A stretch of DNA of 63,211 bases from a virus (IMGVR_UViG_3300027740_000122:1-63211), one strand, 5' to 3'. Shown: positions 1 through 9,479, counted from the first letter of the stretch. A program made the numbers and translations. Notes: generated from the sequence alone by a model not told the origin.

Positions 1-47
1 AGGTGTTGACGTTTTCCTCAGTAGCATGTGGAATCTCGCATATCTCC

Positions 48-63
48 AGCAAAAACAATGCTT
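48..63 (-). promoter_or_regulatory. sigma54-like (-24/-12) promoter motif, copy 2
   Basis: Minus strand AAGCAT-TGTTT-TTGCT; same spacing as the copy at 1122-1137; lies just past the terminator at 81-115. The -24 GG is AG. Confidence 0.35.
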
Positions 64-80
64 TATTCTATTTCCTATCC

Positions 81-115
81 AAAAGAAAAGCGCCTATAAA
101 TTAATATAGACGCTT
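81..115 (-). terminator. Rho-independent terminator
   Basis: Minus strand AAGCGTCTATA-ttaatt-TATAGGCGCTT followed by TTCTTTT. Confidence 0.7.
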
Positions 116-237
116 GTTAGATATAGTCAAGACTCATTTTACGGCACGTCGGGTAACAGTACAAACCCCGTTTACTAATCCCGGACATTGTAAGCATGTA
201 ACTGTTTTGCATTTCTTGAAGGGACAATTTCTTGGTT

Positions 238-426
238 TCATGATTTACTCCTTTTTGCTTTCCCCTTTTCGGGGTACATAACGTTATGCATCCCGAGTCT
301 GAATTCAAGTTCCTTTTCGAGATACAAGCAATGATCGGCAAATTTGAAGAACCCAAGTTCCTCAGCTTGCACTCGGATTTCTTTGATTTGGGCAATCTTT
401 TCCGATATAGTTTTCATATTATTCAC
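238..426 (-). CDS. hypothetical protein (62 aa)
   Basis: ORF with GAGG RBS, co-oriented with 503..949. Confidence 0.55.
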   Translation of the reverse strand: MNNMKTISEKIAQIKEIRVQAEELGFFKFADHCLYLEKELEFRLGMHNVMYPEKGKAKRSKS

Positions 427-502
427 CTCGCTTTCTTGTTGTGACGTATTTTGTTATCAGTTTGAATTTGCGCAAGTGATGGTTAATGAAAGAATTGGTT
501 CA

Positions 503-949
503 TTATAAAGTTATGTGATAACGCTTTGTTTCTTTGTTACGTGTTACAGTGTAACCTGCTTTCTTCAGTGAATTGAGATGACTTTCGACTGCTCCCCGGT
601 TTGCTCTCATTTCCTCGATTGTAGCTCCATTTTCAGAAAGCATGAGAAGTTCATTCTTTCCGGCTCCCGAATTTGCACTTGCCATCAGCACTTTCACAAT
701 ACGTGATTTGTTTTTGATGCTTTTCGCAAGTTTTGGAAAGTGGGCGAAAATGTCAAACATCTCGCTGTAATCGGTCCCGGAGCATAACTCGAAAAACGAC
801 TTGTCATCAGTGAAACTCTTTACAAGTTTCACAATGCTTTTTTCAAGCTTTTTTACGGCCGGGGAAGCGACAAGCTTCGGGGCGCTCTTTGATACGTTCT
901 TTGATACGTTCTTTGATACGTTCTTTGATACGGATTTATTTGTGTTCAT
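503..949 (-). CDS. putative DNA-binding protein; N-terminal SKNV repeats, C-terminal winged-helix-like segment
   Basis: AGGAG RBS; basic protein; C-terminus GATIEEM..RGAVESHLNSLKKAGYTVTR..RYHI resembles a wHTH. Confidence 0.6.
   Translation of the reverse strand: MNTNKSVSKNVSKNVSKNVSKSAPKLVASPAVKKLEKSIVKLVKSFTDDKSFFELCSGTDYSEMFDIFAHFPKLAKSIKNKSRIVKVLMASANSGAGKNELLMLSENGATIEEMRANRGAVESHLNSLKKAGYTVTRNKETKRYHITL
886..932. repeat. 12-bp tandem repeat TCTTTGATACGT, about 4 copies (encodes VSKN repeats)
   Basis: Directly visible. Confidence 0.9.
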
Positions 950-1071
950 GATAATCTCCTTTTAATGAAAGGTTATACCACTTGCACAAATTCAAACTGA
1001 TAACTGTTTGTTCTATCTGTATTGAGCAAGATTAAAGCTTACATTGTCAATGTCTTGCTTGTCTTGAACTC

Positions 1072-1103
1072 TTCAGTTGTCAAAGAACGGCTCAAAATGA
1101 GCT
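1072..1103 (-). promoter_or_regulatory. boxB-like hairpin plus boxA antitermination element
   Basis: Minus strand GCTCA-ttt-TGAGC then CGTTCTTTGACAACTGAA, resembling rrn-leader boxA. Confidence 0.55.
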
Positions 1104-1121
1104 AACGCTCAACGTTATACA

Positions 1122-1137
1122 TGCAAATATCATGCTA
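1122..1137 (-). promoter_or_regulatory. sigma54-like (-24/-12) promoter motif, copy 1
   Basis: Minus strand TAGCAT-GATAT-TTGCA vs consensus TGGCAC-N5-TTGCW. Confidence 0.4.
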
Positions 1138-1201
1138 AAAGAAGGAGTAAGGTAACTATGTGCAAATACTATGTATATGAAACCTGATATAAATCAAATA
1201 G

Positions 1202-1323
1202 TGTAAGATATTTCAACATATTGTAAACAATTCCGACAAATAATCAAGTAAATATTGATAACTATTGAATAATCAAAGGTATATACTAAATCATATGCTT
1301 TAAATATGTAAACAATATCGACA
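1202..1323. promoter_or_regulatory. three TGT-N11-ACA boxes (1202-1218, 1222-1238, 1307-1323), candidate enhancer-binding-protein sites
   Basis: TGTAAGATATTTCAACA, TGTAAACAATTCCGACA, TGTAAACAATATCGACA. Confidence 0.45.
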
Positions 1324-1776
1324 CACATTACACGCCTTGTCATTCAAATAGTCAACACATATCACATCACATTACTTGATATGCAAAGTACAGTCACACG
1401 TCAAGGCAGACGCATAGAACGTGCTATATTGAAGCATAACATACATGCAATACAGCATTGTATTGACAAGCAAGAAAACTAATCAATACATATACCTTGT
1501 CCTATACATGAACATATACATAACTATATAAACGCTAATAGAATGAATGAGAGAAAGGATTAATTAAAAGGAAAAGAAAAAAGATAATAAAATCAAGTAG
1601 ATACGCCCCCCTCGTTCTATCTGGCGAGCGGAAAATGATACTGATCGACAGGTACTGAGCATAATATTCCCTATAAAATTTGATAAAAAACCCCTCGTTC
1701 CTAAACACTAGTTCCTAAATATTATAACAATGTTTCTAAAAATCATAACTATAACACTATACCATTCACTATAAAG

Positions 1777-1814
1777 GAAAAGTCTTGACTTTTTTCCTTT
1801 TCTAGTTTTATACT
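1777..1814 (+). promoter_or_regulatory. late-module promoter motif, copy 1
   Basis: GAAAAGTCTTGACTT (palindrome AAGTC-tt-GACTT over -35 TTGACT) and TATACT -10, upstream of the terminase. Confidence 0.7.
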
Positions 1815-1846
1815 TTCTCTGTAAGAGTATGAGAAAGGAGTGTTTT

Positions 1847-2389
1847 ATGCAAGCACCTAATATTGATATTAGTAATAGCAGTATGCAGAAAGGATTAGTC
1901 CGTGAAGGGAAATCACTTATCGCATGGGACTGTATTCAGGAATGTCATACTGAGGATTGCCCTATTCGTAATGCTTGTTTATTTAAGCCTTTACCCACAG
2001 ATGAAGTAAAGAAATGTAATGTTCAAATACAATACTTAAATGCCTTAACTGATATGGTCTTTACTACTTATCGCTATTTGAATGACGATGTTCTTTATAA
2101 AATTGGGATGCATATCATACCCCTTTATTCTATGTTATGCAGACAAAAAATTGTTGAAAAAAGTCTTATAAATATTACATTTTTAGATAATAAAGGGAAT
2201 ATTAAGATGCATCCTATTTATAAGGAAATTCGCGAAACTATGCGGATTATATCGGATATGTGGAAAAGTGTGGGAGTATTGTCTATGCCTGATCCTGAAG
2301 CTGGTACTGGGCGAGTAGGGTTTGGAGATAATGGACATTATGCAAAAATATCAGAGAATAGTGATAATAAGAAAGGGATAATCCGATAA
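1847..2389 (+). CDS. terS: probable terminase small subunit
   Basis: Immediately upstream of and overlapping terL; KG..KMHP..KEIR segment typical of TerS; AAGGAG RBS favours the ATG at 1847. Confidence 0.6.
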   Translation: MQAPNIDISNSSMQKGLVREGKSLIAWDCIQECHTEDCPIRNACLFKPLPTDEVKKCNVQIQYLNALTDMVFTTYRYLNDDVLYKIGMHIIPLYSMLCRQKIVEKSLINITFLDNKGNIKMHPIYKEIRETMRIISDMWKSVGVLSMPDPEAGTGRVGFGDNGHYAKISENSDNKKGIIR

Positions 2390-4368
2390 TGACAACTTTG
2401 ATCAAACGGGTGAAAGATTTATCACAACTCAGGGAATTTGCTTTAGCAGTTATGAATCCACCAGACGAACCTGTAGGAATATTTGACTTTTCTGTTTGTG
2501 ATCCTGATAAACTTCCCCCGTATCAAATATATATTCCCCTTGACTATAGAGATGGACCTGAAGGATTTATTAAGTGGTGTGAAGATAAAGTATGCATTCC
2601 TATATATCCTGAGGGGAGTGATATAGCAGTATGGACTCCTATAAAAGACTTATCTACTGCTATTCATCCTCGGTCAGGGAAAAGTTATAATTTTATATGG
2701 GAGATGCAAAAAGAAGAATTTCGTAGATGTTTGCGGATGGTTGATGGTCGATTTATCTACAAACTCATAATACTTTGTTGGATGCGGGGGGAAGGAAAAT
2801 CTCTTGCTGCTTGTTTAATTCAATTGTGGAAGTTCTTTAACTGGACAAAACAACAGATAGTATTAGGTGCAAATAGTAAGGAACAGACAAAGTTTGTTCA
2901 TTATGATATAATGAGAGATATTATCAGGAATAGTCCTGAGTTACTACGAATTTGTGGTACTAGAAATATACAAGAAAAAGAATTACGTTTATGTGATGAA
3001 AAAGGAAATGTTACTTCTGTAATTCGTCCTATATCATCATTTTCTGGTATAGTATCAAACATAACAGGATACACTTTTTCTGAAATGTTTGATATGAAAA
3101 ACCCAAAGTTCTTCACTCAATTAGATGGTTCCGTAAGAAATATTCCTAATGCTCTTGGAGTCATAGATTCCACAGTTTCCCCAAAAACTCATGTTTTATA
3201 TAAGATGTATCAATCTTTCGTAACAAGGAAGGTAAAGAGTCTTTATTTTTCTTATCGGTGTAGTAAAAATGCTGATGTTGCTGATTATTGGAATCCTAAT
3301 ATGGATCAACAACAGCTTGATGATTATAGAGAAAAGTTTCCTCTTGGTGACTTTGAACAATATTTTATGAATGTGTGGGGAAGTAATGCCCAACAAGTTT
3401 TTACTGCTCCTATGATAGAAGCAATTAATTATTTTGGGATAGATGGTAAACTTGCCCCTCATAGTGAAGTAATGAAGATCATAGATAGAAAAGTAAAAGT
3501 TAAGGAAATAATTGAAGAATGTATGAGAAAACAAATACCTTCTGCCTTCAATGAGGAATTAAGTGAAATTGCAGAACTACAGGCAAAATTATTTCCTGTA
3601 GAATCGGTATATTCTCTTCGGGACAAATTTGGGATTCCTACACAAGCAGAGTTGACCGATCTTGATAAACTGTCAGAACTATACGACACGAATTGGTCGA
3701 TACTTGTAGGGGTGGACAGGGCTGATCCTTTGAAGAAAGATCGTACTGCTGCAAGAACAATTGTTACTGTTACTGCAAAGGGGTTAATAGGGAGTAGAAG
3801 TAATATGTTTCTTGCTGATAATGGGAATCCTTTATATCTTTATATCAAATTAGGAGTATTTCATATAGCAAGTAGTTTACTTGAAGATATAAAAATGGTT
3901 ATTATACAAGCACATGAAATGTATGATGGTGTGGATGCAATATGTGGGGAACGATGGGGACTTTGGGATATAGTAGGGTGGTGTGAAGAAAATAATATAA
4001 GATTGGAACTTGTGCAATCTTTTTATGATAAACAAAAAACAGCTTTTTCGGAATTATATAGTGCGGTTAGTACAGGAAGATATAAATGTCCACCTCTTGT
4101 TATATTTGGAAGTAAAGGAGAAGATATACTTAAGGAAGAAATGAGTGTTTTCTTTCATGATGAAGATAAACGATGGTTTGGTTCTCCTGAGAAAATGGAA
4201 AAATATGGGGTTCAGGACGATTTCATGTATAGTGACGCGTGGGGAATATATGGAGGTAGAGAAATAAATGTCAATAATTTCAGAGAAAGGCACACTACAC
4301 CATTCTTTGGTACAATGATTTTGAATAAAAATTTGTTGTCTTACAAAAATTTGACAAAAAATCAGTAA
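2389..4368 (+). CDS. terL: terminase large subunit
   Basis: Walker A-like WMRGEGKS, GANSKEQ, Walker B-like YTFSE, nuclease acidic motifs GVDRAD and QDD; precedes the portal. Confidence 0.85.
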   Translation: MTTLIKRVKDLSQLREFALAVMNPPDEPVGIFDFSVCDPDKLPPYQIYIPLDYRDGPEGFIKWCEDKVCIPIYPEGSDIAVWTPIKDLSTAIHPRSGKSYNFIWEMQKEEFRRCLRMVDGRFIYKLIILCWMRGEGKSLAACLIQLWKFFNWTKQQIVLGANSKEQTKFVHYDIMRDIIRNSPELLRICGTRNIQEKELRLCDEKGNVTSVIRPISSFSGIVSNITGYTFSEMFDMKNPKFFTQLDGSVRNIPNALGVIDSTVSPKTHVLYKMYQSFVTRKVKSLYFSYRCSKNADVADYWNPNMDQQQLDDYREKFPLGDFEQYFMNVWGSNAQQVFTAPMIEAINYFGIDGKLAPHSEVMKIIDRKVKVKEIIEECMRKQIPSAFNEELSEIAELQAKLFPVESVYSLRDKFGIPTQAELTDLDKLSELYDTNWSILVGVDRADPLKKDRTAARTIVTVTAKGLIGSRSNMFLADNGNPLYLYIKLGVFHIASSLLEDIKMVIIQAHEMYDGVDAICGERWGLWDIVGWCEENNIRLELVQSFYDKQKTAFSELYSAVSTGRYKCPPLVIFGSKGEDILKEEMSVFFHDEDKRWFGSPEKMEKYGVQDDFMYSDAWGIYGGREINVNNFRERHTTPFFGTMILNKNLLSYKNLTKNQ

Positions 4369-4417
4369 TTTTTTCATTTATTTTGATAAATTTTATGAAA
4401 AAAGACAAAATATTGAG

Positions 4418-4454
4418 GAAAAGTCTTGACTTTTATGTCTTTATTTGTTATTTT
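4418..4454 (+). promoter_or_regulatory. late-module promoter motif, copy 2
   Basis: GAAAAGTCTTGACTT, 17-bp spacer, TGn-TATTTT; upstream of the portal. Confidence 0.7.
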
Positions 4455-4483
4455 AGAAGAAAAATAACAAAAGGAATTATAAA

Positions 4484-6100
4484 ATGAATCAAAAATCAGA
4501 CAAATTGACACTCGCTCTTCAAGGTTTAGCAAAACTTGATGATAATGAACTTGGTGCTATTGCTTTGCAATTTACTATGCCTTGGCAGATGGGTGAGTCG
4601 GAAGATGCTACTGATCCTGATTTTACTCGTAATTCTCAAGAAGTAGAGATGGGAAGAGAAGACTTACAACTTGCTTGTTGGGATAAGTTCAATAAAAATC
4701 CTCAAGTAGGTACTTCTGTTAAAGGACAAGCAGGACGTTTAACAGGATTTGGTTTTGAGATAAGTTCTGAAATTTCTGAAATACAAGAAGTTATTGAAGA
4801 AATTGAATTAGATCAACGAAACCGTCTTTATACTTTCTGGCCTAAATTTGTAGCAAGATCAATCATTGAAGGAGAATTATTTCTTTGCCTTACAGTACAT
4901 AGTGATGGTTTTATAGAGATTGATTTTATTGACCCAAGTAATGTTGGGGGTTCTGGTGAAGATGGGGTTATTTACCATCCTCGAAAAAGTACAATGCCTC
5001 TTTTTTATTTTATCAAACAAGAAAATCCTAATACTTCAAAAGTAAATACAACTCTTATTCCTACAATTTATATAGCAAGATATCCTGAACTTGTTGCAGA
5101 TGCAAGACAAGTTTCTGGTTATACAGAAGAACAAACAATTGAAAGTAAGACAAATAAAAAACAGTTTAAGAAACTTGGTGGGTTTTATAGATTTATTGTT
5201 TCTTGGGATAAAGGATTTCTTACAAAAAGAAATGTATCTTATCTTAGAACAATAATTGAATGGTTAAATCATTATGAAAATCTTAAGAAATATGAGATAG
5301 ATCATAAGAAATCTGCAGGTTCTTATTTATGGATTGTTACAATGGAAGATCCTAAAGCATTTCGTCTTTGGCTTTCATTATCTGATGAAGAACGTAAAAA
5401 AACTGGTGTTTGTGCAAAGAAAACTCCAGGAAGTACACTTGTTCTTCCCCCAGGAATGAAGATTGAATGTATGAATCCCAGTTTGCCTAATATTACTGAA
5501 CAAGATAATGATATATTTCATATGATTACAGCAGGTTTGAATGAGCCTGAAGATGTAACATCAGGGCAATCTAAAGGAACTTTTGCTTCTGTTAAAGCAT
5601 CTCGGGGACCAATGGCAGATCGTATAGCTGATGAAGTTGCATCCTTTGAAAAGTTTTTGCGTCATGATTTTTGGGGAAGTATTTTCTTTCTTAAATCAGT
5701 AATTTCTGGATTTCCTACTAAATTCTCACAAAAAGTTGCCACTGATTTTAAAAATCAAAAACCTATATTTTCAATAGTAAAGAAACGTCCTGAATTACTT
5801 CTTTCTATTAGTTTCCCAACTTCTCAAGTAAATGACACTGAAGGTGTAGCAAGAGCCCTTCTTGGTGTGAAACATGGGTCAACATTTGAGACTTTAGGTA
5901 TTCCTAATGAGATAATTGCTAAGAAGATGGGATTTTCTAATTACCGTAGAATGAGATTGCAACAAGAAACTGAAAAAGCAAATTACCCAGAACTTGCATT
6001 ATCTGTAGATCAAGCTGCAATAGCAGGACAAGGCACTAATCAAGATGCTGCACCTGTAAAGAAACCTTCTCTTGTAAAAAGAGCAAAAGCAGGAGAATAA
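4484..6100 (+). CDS. portal protein
   Basis: 538 aa after terL; NPQV..SV, EGELFL, PGSTLVLPPG segments typical of portals. Confidence 0.8.
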   Translation: MNQKSDKLTLALQGLAKLDDNELGAIALQFTMPWQMGESEDATDPDFTRNSQEVEMGREDLQLACWDKFNKNPQVGTSVKGQAGRLTGFGFEISSEISEIQEVIEEIELDQRNRLYTFWPKFVARSIIEGELFLCLTVHSDGFIEIDFIDPSNVGGSGEDGVIYHPRKSTMPLFYFIKQENPNTSKVNTTLIPTIYIARYPELVADARQVSGYTEEQTIESKTNKKQFKKLGGFYRFIVSWDKGFLTKRNVSYLRTIIEWLNHYENLKKYEIDHKKSAGSYLWIVTMEDPKAFRLWLSLSDEERKKTGVCAKKTPGSTLVLPPGMKIECMNPSLPNITEQDNDIFHMITAGLNEPEDVTSGQSKGTFASVKASRGPMADRIADEVASFEKFLRHDFWGSIFFLKSVISGFPTKFSQKVATDFKNQKPIFSIVKKRPELLLSISFPTSQVNDTEGVARALLGVKHGSTFETLGIPNEIIAKKMGFSNYRRMRLQQETEKANYPELALSVDQAAIAGQGTNQDAAPVKKPSLVKRAKAGE

Positions 6101-6102
6101 CC

Positions 6103-6297
6103 ATGTGTGATTGTGAAAATTGTGATTGTGAAAAGAAAGATGAGTATATAGGTTGGATATGCCCTAGATGTGGGGTAAGTCTTTCTCCTCAAATTGATTT
6201 TTGTGCTTGTTCTTATCAATACATAGAAATAGCACACATAACACCTTTTAAAGTATGGTCATTTAAGAAAATGATGGATTGTCTACGAGAAGGATAA
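6103..6297 (+). CDS. small Cys-rich protein (GWICPRCG zinc ribbon)
   Basis: CxxC motifs, GGAG RBS. Confidence 0.55.
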   Translation: MCDCENCDCEKKDEYIGWICPRCGVSLSPQIDFCACSYQYIEIAHITPFKVWSFKKMMDCLREG

Positions 6298-6474
6298 ATG
6301 AGTAAAGAATATTGTGAAATATGCAAACAAAGATTATATTGTCCTATTGAATTAGTTCTTGAAGTTACAAAACATATGCGTGGATGTGGATTAATTCAGA
6401 AAGTACAAGAAAAATTAGGACATCATCATTGTTACTGTGTGAGAGAAAATAAAGAATGGATTAGATTAATTTAA
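6298..6474 (+). CDS. small Cys/His-rich hypothetical protein (58 aa, not in the ORF track)
   Basis: MSKEYCEICKQRLYCP...HHHCYC; abuts the previous gene. Confidence 0.45.
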   Translation: MSKEYCEICKQRLYCPIELVLEVTKHMRGCGLIQKVQEKLGHHHCYCVRENKEWIRLI

Positions 6475-6480
6475 ATAAAT

Positions 6481-6556
6481 ATCCTGTGAGAACTATAAAT
6501 ATAGACTATTTAGGTCTGGCTGAGAAATCAGAATAAGAGATAGTTACTCACAGGAT
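6481..6556 (+). ncRNA. candidate structured RNA / processing element
   Basis: Outer stem ATCCTGTGAG-AACTAT / ATAGTT-a-CTCACAGGAT enclosing two small hairpins, including CTGA-GAAA-TCAG. Confidence 0.4.
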
Positions 6557-6564
6557 TTAAAATT

Positions 6565-6604
6565 AAGGAGATAAGTAAATGAAAAAGGAGATAAGTAAAT
6601 GAAA
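6565..6604 (+). repeat. 20-bp tandem duplication of RBS plus start codon
   Basis: AAGGAGATAAGTAAATGAAA x2. Confidence 0.9.
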
Positions 6605-7711
6605 AGGATTATTATTTTAGTTTTAATGTGTTTATTAATGGGCTCTACTACATCGTGGTCTGAAACAGTTCACCCAGAAAGTTTTACAGCAGCAGGTACC
6701 ATTGCAATTACAGATAAATTAGTTATATATCAAACAAATGCATGGAAAACATTAACAATTGAAGCTTTGGATACTTATTTAGGAATTAGTACTGGTTCAG
6801 ATACAAATTATTATTTAGAAATAACGAATAATACATCAAGAACACCAACAGCAAGTAAAAATCAATTATATCCTGAAGCAAATATTTGGAAAGTTAATCA
6901 AAATGGGGCTGAATCAAGTATGTGCATTGGTCCTACAGCAACCCAAATAGATTTCAGTGGTACTTTAACAAATACCTATCTTTGTACGTTTGCAACAGGA
7001 GGAGTAATTAGTTGCAATACTAACCCTGCAAGTTATGAACCTGATATTACTTTTGGAACAGGGGTATTAACTGCTCTTGGTATTAATATAGGTTCAGCAG
7101 GGGCACCTGTTTTATTTAATGGTAATATAGGTGTATCTGCTGGAACAAGTCTTGCACTTACTGGTAATTTAACTGGACTTGTTCCTCCTATTGTGCTTAC
7201 TCATGCTTCTGGTGTTCATGATGGTAGCAACGATCAAGCAATAATGACTGATAGTGGGGAGTCTTTTACTACTTCTTCGATGGTAGGAATGACAGTATAT
7301 AATGTTACTGATGTTTCTAGTTGTACGGTAACAGCTAATGATGGGACTACGATAACTTGCACATTAGCAGGAGGAACAGATAATAATTGGGATACTAATG
7401 ATGTTTGGCAAGTAGGACCTGGGCCAAGTCAATCAGGATCTGTATTTTATGTAGGATTAGTGTCTACAATTAGACACCCAGCTACAGTAGGTTACGCAGC
7501 CGGGTATATGTCAACAACTACCGGGATTGTTACAATAGAAGTAGCTAGTAATATGGTTCTCACATATTGTACTGCGGCAGCGGTTGATGCAGGGGATACC
7601 ATTGATTCTCCTGCTACAGCAGGTTCCATGACATGGATACATAATCAAAGTGCAACGATAGGGGCTTGTCATGGTCAACGGAATACTTGGGTTGACGGAG
7701 GGGCATCATGA
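6599..7711 (+). CDS. signal-peptide-bearing Thr/Gly-rich beta protein (fibre/appendage-like)
   Basis: MKRIIILVLMCLLMGSTTSWS signal; beta-rich; within the head module. Confidence 0.6.
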   Translation: MKRIIILVLMCLLMGSTTSWSETVHPESFTAAGTIAITDKLVIYQTNAWKTLTIEALDTYLGISTGSDTNYYLEITNNTSRTPTASKNQLYPEANIWKVNQNGAESSMCIGPTATQIDFSGTLTNTYLCTFATGGVISCNTNPASYEPDITFGTGVLTALGINIGSAGAPVLFNGNIGVSAGTSLALTGNLTGLVPPIVLTHASGVHDGSNDQAIMTDSGESFTTSSMVGMTVYNVTDVSSCTVTANDGTTITCTLAGGTDNNWDTNDVWQVGPGPSQSGSVFYVGLVSTIRHPATVGYAAGYMSTTTGIVTIEVASNMVLTYCTAAAVDAGDTIDSPATAGSMTWIHNQSATIGACHGQRNTWVDGGAS

Positions 7712-8310
7712 TAAAAACAATTCTAATGATATTGTTATTTTTTTGCATAGCAACCTCCTGCTATGCAGGGGGATTGATAATGGGTGGTGGGGTATTAACA
7801 GTCGGGGGTTCTACTTATGTTGGCTGGCCTAACTCCGATGGGACGCCAACAGGGGCACCCACTAGTGAATCAGTAGCGGGGGAAGATGCTATTGTTACAA
7901 CTCAATGGACTGCAACTGAGAATGGTACTATTAAAACAATTCAGTTTTATACAGGTTCACTTTGGGCAGCTGATGGGGCATCTGTAGTAGTCTATAAAGA
8001 CATTACAGGAACTAAGACTTTAATTGGTAAAGGGACTGCAACTGTACCTGGAACTGCCCAATGGATTGCAAAAACGACTGTGACAGTTGAATCTGGGCAA
8101 AGTCTTACTTTTGCAACGAATGATGTATTATATTTTGGGGTATATTACTATGATATTTTGGGTAGTAGCTCAAGAGTCGGGCGTGAAGATGCTGGCGGAA
8201 CTGGGGGGTACTATCAAACATTATCCGGAGAAACAGGAACTCCACCTGCGACTTTTACGAGCACTCTATCAGCTAGTCGTCTTATGTCGTTTATTCTGGA
8301 GTACGAATGA
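7708..8310 (+). CDS. signal-peptide-bearing beta-sandwich protein
   Basis: MIKTILMILLFFCIATSCYA signal; ATGA overlap. Confidence 0.6.
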   Translation: MIKTILMILLFFCIATSCYAGGLIMGGGVLTVGGSTYVGWPNSDGTPTGAPTSESVAGEDAIVTTQWTATENGTIKTIQFYTGSLWAADGASVVVYKDITGTKTLIGKGTATVPGTAQWIAKTTVTVESGQSLTFATNDVLYFGVYYYDILGSSSRVGREDAGGTGGYYQTLSGETGTPPATFTSTLSASRLMSFILEYE

Positions 8311-9479
8311 TGCGGAGATTAATACTATTTGTATTCTGCCTATTTATATTCGGGGCTAATCAATCGTATTCGGCTACAGGTGATGTTCTTGGGACATCAT
8401 TGATCAGTACCAGCCCAGGTGATTATGGATGTAGGGAGATTGTAACTGGTATCGCCAATGGTTGTTATTCTGATACAGGGGTTTGCGCAAAACTCAATGC
8501 TGCAGACGGAAACTGTACCGCTTTTTTCGATATAAATGTTACAGATGCCCCCGAAGTGACGATCGTATGGTATGAAAAATATGATGTTTGGCCGTTGACA
8601 TGGTCAAGCGGAGGATGTAAATCAATCCGACCGTTTAATGGTGGTTCAGATGAGAACTACCTGGCGGCTTTAATTACTTTTTTCGGGTCGAACACCCTAT
8701 ATGGGACGGTTGCCTATGGGGCAACGACAGGACTTTTGACCCCTACTGCTGCAATGGGGACTATGAGCACTAGCGGGGATTATTGTCAGTCCAATGGGGA
8801 CGGGACTTATGATTGTGCTACCCATTGGAAATCATATAATATGCTTGTTGGCGGTGTAGGGGGGATGGGTACTAATTGGCGAAAAATGCGTCAATATGTT
8901 AAAGTACCCTCTACCATTGGCAGTACTGACGGGGAAACAAAATTATGGATTGATGATGAATTGATTTATACCTTGGTAAATTTTGATAGATCAGGTGGAG
9001 GGGCAAACATAACATCGATCAGACTCGCTCCAATAGATGAGTCGGCAACTGCTCACGGTCATTGGTATGACGATATGACCACCTATGAGGGGTATGTCCC
9101 CCCCACTGATGAAGTCCCTACTGTAACATCTGCCGCCGTTAATGGATCGACAGCTACGATAAATTTCTCAGAACCTGTTGTAACGTCAGGATATGATGCC
9201 GCAGATTTTAACTTGGATTGTTCAACGGCAGGGACGGATATATCTCTTACTTCTCCGTCAGGTTCAGACTCAAGTCGGACATTTACCGTCGCCTCGTCTA
9301 TCGGATACGGAGATACTTGCAATCTCGATTATGTAGGCGGGGCCGATGATATAGAGGGTACCACTGGCGATGATCTTGTTACATTTTCAAACACAGCGGT
9401 AACTAACAATACACAAGAAAGTAGTGGGAATTTCAAACGATCAGGGACAATACTCTCAGGTGGATATTTATTTTATTAA
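8307..9479 (+). CDS. secreted protein with a ConA/polysaccharide-lyase-like jelly roll and a C-terminal Ig-like domain
   Basis: Signal peptide; DGETKLWIDD...WYDD motif; PTVTSAAVNG..ATINFSEPV Ig-like domain. Confidence 0.55.
   Translation: MMRRLILFVFCLFIFGANQSYSATGDVLGTSLISTSPGDYGCREIVTGIANGCYSDTGVCAKLNAADGNCTAFFDINVTDAPEVTIVWYEKYDVWPLTWSSGGCKSIRPFNGGSDENYLAALITFFGSNTLYGTVAYGATTGLLTPTAAMGTMSTSGDYCQSNGDGTYDCATHWKSYNMLVGGVGGMGTNWRKMRQYVKVPSTIGSTDGETKLWIDDELIYTLVNFDRSGGGANITSIRLAPIDESATAHGHWYDDMTTYEGYVPPTDEVPTVTSAAVNGSTATINFSEPVVTSGYDAADFNLDCSTAGTDISLTSPSGSDSSRTFTVASSIGYGDTCNLDYVGGADDIEGTTGDDLVTFSNTAVTNNTQESSGNFKRSGTILSGGYLFY

Larger units (their letters stand above)
453..1004. repeat. 26-bp inverted repeat (453-478 / 979-1004) enclosing gene 503..949
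   Basis: GTTATCAGTTTGAATTTGCGCAAGTG vs reverse complement GTTATCAGTTTGAATTTGTGCAAGTG; one mismatch, which is a G-U pair in the minus-strand RNA. Confidence 0.9.

Noticed and set aside
117-395. 92-aa minus-strand ORF
   Set aside because: Largely overlaps 238..426, which has the better RBS; only a short 3' part could be a real gene.
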